Below the pieces are notes generated by a model. That model made no database searches. It worked only from the letters and a program-made list of their open reading frames with translations, and was not told the origin of the DNA. A stretch of DNA of 58,974 nucleotides. Source: Minisyncoccia bacterium. GTDB taxonomy: Bacteria; Patescibacteriota; Minisyncoccia; Phycocordibacterales; UBA9973. This document shows, one piece after another, positions 1 through 6,605 of this stretch. Where the stretch lies: NCBI GenBank assembly GCA_038251535.1, contig JBBSBF010000003.1:1-58974 (forward strand), given 5' to 3'. The position numbers were made by a program, and so were the translations under genes. Position 1 is the first letter of the stretch. Each line of letters opens with the position of its first letter.

Positions 1-30
1 AAAAAAGCCATCTCCGTAGAGTGGCTTTTA
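1..30 (-). terminator. intrinsic terminator of the NUDIX gene
   Basis: GCCA(T)CTC-CGTA-GAG(T)GGC hairpin followed by T6 on the minus strand. Confidence 0.6.
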
Positions 31-39
31 AAAATACAG

Positions 40-630
40 CTAAGGAAAAATATACTCTTTCTTTTCTGTAAGTAAAAAATTAAATAATACTGCCCTGGTT
101 CGATCTTCAGAAAAACTTCCATCCAAAAGAAGGTCATATACTTGGGTATAAGATAGCTCTACCTTTTCAATTACTTCGTCGTGTTGTAATTTTGCCTTAC
201 CTTCTTCGTATTCTGTTACTATGAAGTAATATAGATCATGTTCAACAGACGAAGAGGATTGGGAATGGTAGTACTTCCTAACAGCGGTGTCACTGTTCAC
301 AAGTAACCCAATTTCTTCTTCCAGCTCTCTTATAATAGCTTGTTCTAAAAAGTCAGAGTTGATAATAGCATCATAGCCATCTAACCACTCAATAAGAGAG
401 TCAAAAGACTTTCCACCTGTAAGCCGATAGTCCCATTCCATATTTAGATATTCTCTTTTTTCTTTCTGTAGAATAAGGCCCTTACCAGTATCTACAATTG
501 CTCTAACGCCAGGAGGACGCCGATAGTATTCCTTTCTACCATTTTGCAATACCTGACCAAGTAGGCCATTGAAAATGACACGATATTCCTTTCTAGCATC
601 GTATCCGTAATCAGTGTTATCTCTTTGCAT
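40..630 (-). CDS. NUDIX hydrolase family protein
   Basis: 196-aa ORF with a Nudix-box-like signature AIIRELEEEIGL (REx2EExGU) downstream of GGK. It has its own promoter (661-688) and hairpin terminator (1-30). Confidence 0.7.
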   Translation of the reverse strand: MQRDNTDYGYDARKEYRVIFNGLLGQVLQNGRKEYYRRPPGVRAIVDTGKGLILQKEKREYLNMEWDYRLTGGKSFDSLIEWLDGYDAIINSDFLEQAIIRELEEEIGLLVNSDTAVRKYYHSQSSSSVEHDLYYFIVTEYEEGKAKLQHDEVIEKVELSYTQVYDLLLDGSFSEDRTRAVLFNFLLTEKKEYIFP

Positions 631-660
631 AACTTATTTTTTTAATGATTTGTTTTGCCT

Positions 661-688
661 ATAATATCATTTATTTTATATTTGTCAA
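661..688 (-). promoter_or_regulatory. sigma70-type promoter TTGACA-N16-TATTAT (NUDIX gene)
   Basis: Reverse complement reads TTGACAAATATAAAATAAATGATATTAT, 30 nt upstream of the ATG at 630. Confidence 0.65.
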
Positions 689-700
689 TAATTCCGTATA

Positions 701-791
701 GGCTCAATACCTTTGCATGACATGATTAATTCTGCAAATTCCCTTATATTCCCCACTATCTCGTTCCACCTGTACACCCCTTGGGTCACAG
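701..791. repeat. intergenic repeat copy A (long form)
   Basis: ggctcaatacctttgcatgaca...aaattcccttatattccccactatctcgttccacctgtacaccccttgggtcacag. Aligns along its length with copy D. Confidence 0.8.
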
Positions 792-792
792 A

Positions 793-824
793 ATAAAAAA
801 ACACTGTCTTAAAAAAGACAGTGT
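793..824 (-). terminator. intrinsic terminator (gene 850-1302)
   Basis: 8-bp stem ACACTGTC/GACAGTGT followed by T7 on the minus strand. Confidence 0.7.
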
Positions 825-849
825 TGGTTTGGAAAAAATTAATTTCTCC

Positions 850-1302
850 TTACGATTTTACAAGCATGTTACTACGTTCCCACATTACTTTTTCCATAGA
901 GAGGTAGTCTGAAATTAAACCATCAGTAATCTGGAAAATTCCAAATTCGTGGACCTGTTTTCGGGACCCCGTAATAGCCAAACCCATATGTTCGTATTCT
1001 ATCCAGACACTACCCTGTTCCAACAAAGGATCCCAACATGTAAGTTTAATTTTAGCAGTGTACTCTTTGGTAGTAGAAAGCAAGGTTTCAAAGTATTTTT
1101 GTACCTCGTCCTTTCCTTCAATTTTTTTAGCGAAATTATCTCTTGTACCCCATTGGATACTCGGAGAAATGTTTTCCATGATGCGGTCAATTTTACGCAT
1201 TGTAATGCCTACATGAAGGTTGTCGAATAATTGGTAATGTTCCCTATAGGAAAAGTCACTAGTTTTTAAAGGACCAGAAATATGGTCAGCTACTGTTTTC
1301 AT
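850..1302 (-). CDS. hypothetical protein (possible NTF2/SnoaL-like fold)
   Basis: 150-aa ORF bracketed by a canonical promoter (1320-1347) and an intrinsic terminator (793-824). The fold guess comes only from size and alternating pattern. Confidence 0.55.
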   Translation of the reverse strand: MKTVADHISGPLKTSDFSYREHYQLFDNLHVGITMRKIDRIMENISPSIQWGTRDNFAKKIEGKDEVQKYFETLLSTTKEYTAKIKLTCWDPLLEQGSVWIEYEHMGLAITGSRKQVHEFGIFQITDGLISDYLSMEKVMWERSNMLVKS

Positions 1303-1319
1303 TTTTTATAGTTTTATAC

Positions 1320-1347
1320 ATTATACATAAATATATTATATTGTCAA
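1320..1347 (-). promoter_or_regulatory. promoter TTGACA-N16-TATAAT (gene 850-1302)
   Basis: Perfect consensus hexamers on the minus strand. Confidence 0.7.
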
Positions 1348-1364
1348 TATAAGCCGATTTTGTT

Positions 1365-1404
1365 AAACTCCCTCATATCCCCCACTATCAAGTTCCAATT
1401 TTTT
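1365..1404. repeat. intergenic repeat copy B (short form)
   Basis: aaactccctcatatcccccactatcaagttccaatttt. Shares the core with A, D and E and the tail with E. Confidence 0.75.
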
Positions 1405-1424
1405 CTTTTTTTTGGTAGAAGTAA

Positions 1425-1452
1425 ATAAAAAAAGATGGTATGATCCATCTTT
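1425..1452 (-). terminator. intrinsic terminator (gene 1468-1812)
   Basis: Stem AGATGG/CCATCT followed by T8 on the minus strand. Confidence 0.6.
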
Positions 1453-1467
1453 TAAAGAACACTGTGA

Positions 1468-1812
1468 CTACAGTTGAATAATCCTCTTTATTTCAATATT
1501 TTTTCTGTCTAATAAATTCTTCGATGATTTACCCCCTTTTACAACTCTCCATGATTGAATAACCATTTTAGACAAATCTGACTTTTCAATCACCGTGAGA
1601 TCATAGGCCATAGCGATACGGTTGAAATTTTCTTTACTTATTTTAATCGTCAAATTTTGTAGGATAAGATTCAAACAAATACATGATATAGGTCTGTTAT
1701 CCTTATCTAACATAAGTTTTTTATTAAGAAAATCTTCAACTGTAATCCCTCGGCTTATAAGGAAGTTGTGTAAAGCATTTCTTTCATTATCCATTTTAAA
1801 TATTTTCACCAT
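1468..1812 (-). CDS. hypothetical protein
   Basis: 114-aa AT-rich ORF. The predicted -10 (1811-1816) overlaps the first ATG, so the real start is probably ATG at 1794 (MDNERN...). Terminator at 1425-1452. Confidence 0.5.
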   Translation of the reverse strand: MVKIFKMDNERNALHNFLISRGITVEDFLNKKLMLDKDNRPISCICLNLILQNLTIKISKENFNRIAMAYDLTVIEKSDLSKMVIQSWRVVKGGKSSKNLLDRKNIEIKRIIQL

Positions 1813-1838
1813 CCTACCCTATTCATTAAAAAAGTCAA
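1811..1838 (-). promoter_or_regulatory. promoter TTGACT-N16-TAGGAT (gene 1468-1812)
   Basis: Hexamers read on the minus strand. The -10 overlaps the first ATG of the ORF. Confidence 0.5.
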
Positions 1839-1868
1839 GTTTTGTGCTAACCAAATGATATAAATTTA

Positions 1869-1888
1869 GCAACTTCCAATTTTACTCC
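1869..1888. repeat. intergenic repeat copy C (tail fragment only)
   Basis: gcaacttccaattttactcc resembles the tails of B and E (caagttctaattttac). Confidence 0.4.
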
Positions 1889-1910
1889 CTTAAGTCAAAG
1901 ATTTTGTAAA

Positions 1911-1944
1911 TAAAAAAGCACCATTTGTATTTCATAATGGCGCT
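1911..1944 (-). terminator. orphan intrinsic terminator
   Basis: Stem GCGCCATT/AATGGTGC followed by T6ATTT on the minus strand. No ORF lies directly upstream of it. Confidence 0.5.
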
Positions 1945-2032
1945 TTATATTTTTTAATTAAAGTTCAGAAACCGAACCATAAAAACAAGTTGTTCTGTGC
2001 GTGAGGGGTTAGCAAGAACCGTTCAGGCTAAA

Positions 2033-2058
2033 TAAAAAACCTCCCTTATGAAGGAGGC
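2033..2058 (-). terminator. intrinsic terminator (gene 2075-2947)
   Basis: Stem CCTCC-TT/AA-GGAGG followed by T6ATTT on the minus strand. Confidence 0.65.
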
Positions 2059-2074
2059 TTTAAAAATAACTTAA

Positions 2075-2947
2075 TCAGCTAACTAGTTTGATTTTTTCTA
2101 ATAAATCATAAATTTCAGTTCTTGCCTCAGAAAGCCCGGCATAATAAATGCCAGAATATCCCCCACCTACAAGACCTCCTTTTAATAGGAAATCTTCCGT
2201 CAGATTTTCAAGCTGTTTTACTTGAAAATCTGTTTTAGGAGTTTTATTTCTTCCTAATATGGTTTTCACTTCATGAGTAAGACGTTCGCCAATCTCTTTT
2301 GAATTATCCCACATGGCTTTTTCATGGAATTTTCCTGATGCAATTATAGAAAAAGCCGCATTATGTGGATATTTTTTGCTTTCACGATAATTAGACACAA
2401 GAAAATTAGAAAAATCATGATATCCTTTTGTTCTCAAAATCAGAAGAGATTGTCTTTTGTAGAGCTCGAGCATTTTACTCTCAATCATTACTGTCATCCA
2501 ACCAAAAGGATTTTCTCCAAATTTAGGTTTAAATTTGTAGACATAACCATCAGTACTTGCTTCTTTATCGAAAAGCATTGCTCGGACTACTCCCCAGTGC
2601 CTCATAAAAGCTTTTCTGTTGAAACAAGGACGATTGTCATTTGATTCATCAAAACGATCTAATTGATCAAGCTCATAAACACATCTTTCGGAGTAGAAAT
2701 TTACTAAATCAATATATCTTGATCCAAATAAATACCACCACAATTTAAAACCTGTTCGGCATTTTTCATGCGCCATACGGGCAAAGATGTATCCCTTCCA
2801 GCAATCTTCTAAAAATTGACAATCTTTGTAGCTGTTCTTGCGAAGTAGGTATTTTTTATACTGTACAAAATAGAGAACAGCAAAAACAAGAATCGCGGCG
2901 AGCGGTACGACATAGCTTCCCACAAGCCAAACTGAAATTGTTTTCAT
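2075..2947 (-). CDS. hypothetical membrane-anchored protein
   Basis: 290-aa ORF with an N-terminal hydrophobic helix (VWLVGSYVVPLAAILVFAVLYFV). Own promoter at 3013-3040 and terminator at 2033-2058. No recognisable catalytic motif. Confidence 0.6.
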   Translation of the reverse strand: MKTISVWLVGSYVVPLAAILVFAVLYFVQYKKYLLRKNSYKDCQFLEDCWKGYIFARMAHEKCRTGFKLWWYLFGSRYIDLVNFYSERCVYELDQLDRFDESNDNRPCFNRKAFMRHWGVVRAMLFDKEASTDGYVYKFKPKFGENPFGWMTVMIESKMLELYKRQSLLILRTKGYHDFSNFLVSNYRESKKYPHNAAFSIIASGKFHEKAMWDNSKEIGERLTHEVKTILGRNKTPKTDFQVKQLENLTEDFLLKGGLVGGGYSGIYYAGLSEARTEIYDLLEKIKLVS

Positions 2948-3012
2948 TATTGTATTTTTTAAGAACTTCGGATTTTTCTGCCGATACAGTTGCTAAAGTT
3001 TTTAGCTATTTA

Positions 3013-3040
3013 ATTATACATTATAACCATATAATGTCAA
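3013..3040 (-). promoter_or_regulatory. promoter TTGACA-N16-TATAAT (gene 2075-2947)
   Basis: Perfect hexamers. The -35 is embedded in the 8-bp inverted repeat CCATATAA/TTATATGG (3027-3048). Confidence 0.7.
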
Positions 3041-3052
3041 TTATATGGTTAT

Positions 3053-3214
3053 GGTTCAATACCTTTGCATCACAGCGCTATTTTCTGTAGTAATTCCTTT
3101 ATCTCCCCCCACTATCTGGTTCGAACTGTACACCCCTTTGCTCCCAATTTTTTAGTTTCGAAGAAACTGTTAAAATCGCAGTCCAGCGGAGCGATTAGCG
3201 AAGTCGGGTCACAG
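3053..3214. repeat. intergenic repeat copy D (long form, interrupted by a 65-bp insert at 3141-3205)
   Basis: ggttcaatacctttgcatcaca...taattcctttatctccccccactatctggttcgaactgtacacccctttg[insert]gggtcacag. Confidence 0.8.
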
Positions 3215-3225
3215 ATTTTGGAAAT

Positions 3226-3253
3226 AAAAAAGTACCGGTATTAATCCAGTACT
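3226..3253 (-). terminator. intrinsic terminator overlapping the stop of gene 3252-3743
   Basis: Stem AGTACTGG/CCGGTACT (one mismatch) followed by T6 on the minus strand. Confidence 0.5.
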
Positions 3254-3743
3254 ATATAAAAAACTCTCTTTCAACATGAACTGTTAAATCTTCCCCGACA
3301 TAAAACGTTGACGAAATCTGAGCTGCGGTTGGCCCATACACTTGCACATCGAAATGCGGAAATAATTCTTTGAACGGAAGAATAAAGTATTTTACAGAAT
3401 TTTTGTAAAATATTTTATTTTGAACTGTATTTATTCTTCCTCCCATGTAGTGCAAACTCAAAAGTTCTCGATATTTGGCAAGTTCTTTTATGAGATCAAA
3501 AAAATGTCCAGATACTATTTTAAGTGCACCATGGTGAAAATGAGGTCGAATATGAAATGCAGAAACGGCATAACGAGCAATAGGAAGATTGTGGTCATAT
3601 GTTTCTTTTCTTTTCCAATACAGTATCACACCAATACAACGATAGCATTCTGGAATGTACATCTCTTCAAAATCATCCTCACCATGAAAGTCTTGCGTGT
3701 AGCCTGAATACGCGGCATTCTCACCCAATGGTACTTCAATCAT
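3252..3743 (-). CDS. hypothetical protein
   Basis: 163-aa ORF with own promoter (3758-3785) and a hairpin overlapping the stop codon. No recognisable motif. Confidence 0.55.
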   Translation of the reverse strand: MIEVPLGENAAYSGYTQDFHGEDDFEEMYIPECYRCIGVILYWKRKETYDHNLPIARYAVSAFHIRPHFHHGALKIVSGHFFDLIKELAKYRELLSLHYMGGRINTVQNKIFYKNSVKYFILPFKELFPHFDVQVYGPTAAQISSTFYVGEDLTVHVEREFFI

Positions 3744-3757
3744 ATTTTTTTATTTTT

Positions 3758-3785
3758 ATACTACAAATATTTTGTTGTTTGTCAA
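3758..3785 (-). promoter_or_regulatory. promoter TTGACA-N16-TAGTAT (gene 3252-3743)
   Basis: Hexamers read on the minus strand. Confidence 0.6.
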
Positions 3786-3791
3786 TATTAC

Positions 3792-3831
3792 AAATTCCTT
3801 TATATTCCCCACTATCAAGTTCTAATTTTAC
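3792..3831. repeat. intergenic repeat copy E (short form)
   Basis: aaattcctttatattccccactatcaagttctaattttac. Confidence 0.8.
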
Positions 3832-3967
3832 TAAATTATTTAACAACTATTTCAAATACATACTGCACTACAAATGATGAGCCGTTTGAAATCCTTGTTG
3901 CATTTTCTTCATAAGTATAGTCTATCAAATATCTGCACAGTTTTACTAATGTGCAACCAGAGTTTTT

Positions 3968-3996
3968 TTGACAAAATAGTTCCAAAACTATAAAGT
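3968..3996 (+). promoter_or_regulatory. promoter TTGACA-N17-TAAAGT (gene 4019-4312)
   Basis: Hexamers read on the plus strand, 22 nt upstream of the ATG. Confidence 0.6.
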
Positions 3997-4018
3997 GAAC
4001 TAAAAAATAATAAGCTTT

Positions 4019-4312
4019 ATGAAAATTAAATTTTTGTTGATCGCAACCTGGATCTCATTTGTTCTGGCAATGATGTTCTTTTCACTCATCTTTCCTCAGT
4101 ACATCCCAATGAACCTAATCCCCTCAAACGACCTCACTAGATGGTACATGGCACTTTTTGGGTTGATCTTGGTTACCGTGGGGTTCAGTTTGTATATGTT
4201 CAAAAAAAGCATGACGAGCGATGACTCCAACGGTCCTCCCTACATAGTTTTAGGAATTCTTTTAATGGTGGTTGTTATTGTTCTTTTAGTAGTCCTTCTA
4301 TTTGTATTTTAA
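4019..4312 (+). CDS. small membrane protein (about 3 TM helices)
   Basis: 97-aa hydrophobic ORF with promoter TTGACA-N17-TAAAGT (3968-3996) and terminator at 4322-4350. Confidence 0.6.
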   Translation: MKIKFLLIATWISFVLAMMFFSLIFPQYIPMNLIPSNDLTRWYMALFGLILVTVGFSLYMFKKSMTSDDSNGPPYIVLGILLMVVVIVLLVVLLFVF

Positions 4313-4321
4313 ATGCATTGT

Positions 4322-4350
4322 GGTATCAGCTCTGATACCATTTTTATTTT
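4322..4350 (+). terminator. intrinsic terminator (gene 4019-4312)
   Basis: Stem GGTATCA/TGATACC followed by ATTTTTATTTT. Confidence 0.7.
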
Positions 4351-4376
4351 GTATACATTTGCATAAAAATAGAGTC

Positions 4377-4625
4377 TCAGTTATGAGACCCTATAGATGT
4401 CGTATCAAAATCTAATTTTTCTTCTTGTTCTGAATTTGTATTGTTGAATAAATTTATTTTTTTGCTTATCTCCTCCTTCGGTGGAACAGCGTTTTTGTTG
4501 CTGATGTACATGGTAAGGATTTGTGTTGCAAAAGAGGGGTCGTCACATTGGTTTGCCAATGCAAACAGTGCTTCATTGGACTTGTTTGAAAAAAGTTCTT
4601 CCATAAAAAATGTAAGGATGTCCAT
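4377..4625 (-). CDS. hypothetical protein
   Basis: The ORF-track entry 4377..4646 begins at GTG, upstream of the predicted -10. ATG at 4625 (MDILTFF...) lies 12 nt after TACGAT. A hairpin overlaps the stop. Confidence 0.45.
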   Translation of the reverse strand: MDILTFFMEELFSNKSNEALFALANQCDDPSFATQILTMYISNKNAVPPKEEISKKINLFNNTNSEQEEKLDFDTTSIGSHN

Positions 4626-4637
4626 ATTTTTTCCTTT

Positions 4638-4667
4638 ATCGTACACCCCTAGCTACACTATCGTCAA
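4638..4667 (-). promoter_or_regulatory. promoter TTGACG-N18-TACGAT (gene 4377-4625)
   Basis: Hexamers read on the minus strand. Spacer is 18 nt. Confidence 0.4.
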
Positions 4668-4675
4668 TATTCCCC

Positions 4676-5260
4676 CTAGTCTTTCTTTCTCATAATAAGC
4701 CAGAGCACAATCGCAATAATAACGATGATCAGAAGTCCCCGTCCGATCAGCGAGCTGATCGTCTGCCAGTTGCTCCCAAAGATATAGCCAATACTACCGT
4801 AAATCAACACTTGCGAGATTTCCCCTATGGATTCATAGAGCAAATATTTGCGGTACGACACCTTGCCGAGTCCGCTGATCAAGTTGACTGCGAGGTTGGT
4901 AAATACTTCAAACCGACTGATAAAAATGATAAACCCTGGCCGACGAACAATCCTTGCTTGTATCTTTTGATACCGGGGTGACTCGAGGGTTTTGCGAAGT
5001 CCGATACGATACAACATCTGCGTGCCGTACAAACGAGCAATCCAATACCCAGCGTTGTCTCCAAGTATATTTCCGAGTATAGAAACGATGATTACCCAGG
5101 TGATGTCGAAATACCCCTGGAATGAAAACGCAGCAGACGCCATGATCAACGTACCTGGAGGTACAGGGAAAAAGAACGCCGCAATAAAAGTAATACCAAA
5201 CAATGCCCAGTATTTATACAAAAGCAAGTACGGCAAAAGGATGGTTACGATAGTACTCAT
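4676..5260 (-). CDS. dedA: DedA/SNARE-associated (VTT domain) membrane protein
   Basis: 194-aa multi-TM protein with the DedA-type motif GNILGDNAGYWIARLYG. 4-nt overlap with the upstream ORF. Confidence 0.75.
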   Translation of the reverse strand: MSTIVTILLPYLLLYKYWALFGITFIAAFFFPVPPGTLIMASAAFSFQGYFDITWVIIVSILGNILGDNAGYWIARLYGTQMLYRIGLRKTLESPRYQKIQARIVRRPGFIIFISRFEVFTNLAVNLISGLGKVSYRKYLLYESIGEISQVLIYGSIGYIFGSNWQTISSLIGRGLLIIVIIAIVLWLIMRKKD

Positions 5261-5643
5261 GATGCTACATCATTATATTTTTCTATTGCAGCATAGACTT
5301 GTCCAATAAATATCGCTTGATCAATGTTTTTTTCCTTTGCGTATCGCCGCAACTCTGTGTTGGGATATTTCAAATCTCCTATTTGAAGCACGTCACGCAA
5401 ATACCCATTGGGAAGGTTGTACAGGATATTTACATAGTTGAACGTCATCCATGGCTCAATAGTGATATGCGTCCTGGTGACCCTCGTATGTCTGAGCTCT
5501 CCCGTTTCGCGCCCAATGTGATACTGCTCAAGGAATGTACTCGTTTCAATCATTGCGAGCGCAACGAGTACCAATATCACGACGAGTCGTAATGATGCCC
5601 TTTTTTTATACGAAGCAATAGGATCTAGATCTGGGGTAGTCAT
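5257..5643 (-). CDS. hypothetical membrane-anchored protein
   Basis: 128-aa ORF with one N-terminal TM helix, translationally coupled (ATGA overlaps) between the pterin dehydratase and dedA. Confidence 0.55.
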   Translation of the reverse strand: MTTPDLDPIASYKKRASLRLVVILVLVALAMIETSTFLEQYHIGRETGELRHTRVTRTHITIEPWMTFNYVNILYNLPNGYLRDVLQIGDLKYPNTELRRYAKEKNIDQAIFIGQVYAAIEKYNDVAS

Positions 5644-5891
5644 ACGTGAGGGATTTCATCTATAGCGGCTGCAAGTGCCGTGTCTTTGTCGGTGATCGTA
5701 TCTCCGGCATCATGGGTGGAGAGTGTGAGGGTAACTTTGTTATATATATTGTGTATATCCGGATGATGATTCATTTGTTCTGCAATAAGTGCGACGTGGT
5801 TGATAAAATCAATCGCTTCTTTAAAGGTGTCAAATGTAAATTCCTTTACAAGCGTATTGTGCTCTTCTCTCCAAATGGGTAAATTTTGCAT
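5640..5891 (-). CDS. pterin-4-alpha-carbinolamine dehydratase
   Basis: 83-aa protein with the family signature AEQMNHHPDIHNIYNKVTLTLSTHD. Confidence 0.75.
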   Translation of the reverse strand: MQNLPIWREEHNTLVKEFTFDTFKEAIDFINHVALIAEQMNHHPDIHNIYNKVTLTLSTHDAGDTITDKDTALAAAIDEIPHV

Positions 5892-5939
5892 AGGATAAGT
5901 ATAACAAAAAAAATAACCCTACGATGTAGGGCTATTGGC

Positions 5940-6542
5940 TTATGCACAAGCTGCATTGACGATTTCATTTGCTAGTAAATCACAATTTTTTTCTTCAGAA
6001 TAGTCATCAAATACAAAATCAAAATTGTCTCGATGCTTTTCAAAAAATGGTTTTTCGATTTTTTCGGAATATTTGATCCGATCTAGCATTGCCCGCTCTG
6101 TCATATTTTTTCGTTTTTCCATCCACTGAATGCGTTGCCAAACAGGCGTTAGGAGTAGTACCGTTACTACATTTTTTACGAGGGGATTATTCGTTAGTTG
6201 CTCGAAACCTTTATAGTCAACATCAAACACAACGCACTTCCCTTGGTCTTTGGCTTTTACATATCCCTCCTTAGATGTACCGTAATAGATCCCATTTGTA
6301 GGGTCAGGATTGGTGTATTCTAAGAAAAATTTGTGGCTAATGAGCGTTTCTATCTGACGAAGCCCGACAAAGTGATACTCTTTACCATTTTTCTCTATGC
6401 CTCGAGGATTTCTATTGGTGTGTGAAATGGAAGAAATAAGTGTTTCCGGTGCAAAAGAAATAATCTTTTCAGTGATCAGGAAACTTTTCCCGGCTCCACC
6501 AGAATACCCAGTTACTAAAATATCTTTTTCGATTTGTGCCAT
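5940..6542 (-). CDS. gmk: guanylate kinase
   Basis: P-loop GYSGGAGKS, then SHTNRNPRGIEKNGKEYHFV and YYGTS motifs collinear with bacterial Gmk. Confidence 0.8.
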   Translation of the reverse strand: MAQIEKDILVTGYSGGAGKSFLITEKIISFAPETLISSISHTNRNPRGIEKNGKEYHFVGLRQIETLISHKFFLEYTNPDPTNGIYYGTSKEGYVKAKDQGKCVVFDVDYKGFEQLTNNPLVKNVVTVLLLTPVWQRIQWMEKRKNMTERAMLDRIKYSEKIEKPFFEKHRDNFDFVFDDYSEEKNCDLLANEIVNAACA

Positions 6543-6590
6543 AATTATTTTTTCTACACTTTACCACAGCTTCCAGAAAACGCAATCTTT

Positions 6591-6599
6591 TGGTATAGT
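6591..6599 (+). promoter_or_regulatory. extended -10 TGGTATAGT, 6 nt before the tsaD GTG
   Basis: TGn plus TATAGT, then AGGAAA, then GTG at 6606. Confidence 0.45.
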
Positions 6600-6605
6600 A
6601 GGAAA

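Noticed and set aside
3110-3140. tRNA-like GGTTCGAAC motif in repeat copy D (possible tRNA-derived att site)
   Set aside because: The flanking bases cannot form a T stem or acceptor. The other copies read GTTCCAC, GTTCCAA or GTTCTAA, so the T-loop resemblance is coincidental.
631-3835. Integron cassette array with attC sites (GTTCNAA-like ends; GTTAAAC at 1362-1368)
   Set aside because: No intI integrase or attI is in the window. Each gene has its own promoter, whereas integron cassettes are usually promoterless. The repeats lack the R''-L''/L'-R' imperfect palindrome of attC. It is kept only as a remote analogy in the repeat finding.
4641-4680. Sixth copy of the intergenic repeat (gtacacccct...actatcgtcaatattcccc)
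   Set aside because: It shares only short words (gtacacccct, actatc, attcccc), and these occur in a different order. That is not enough to call homology.
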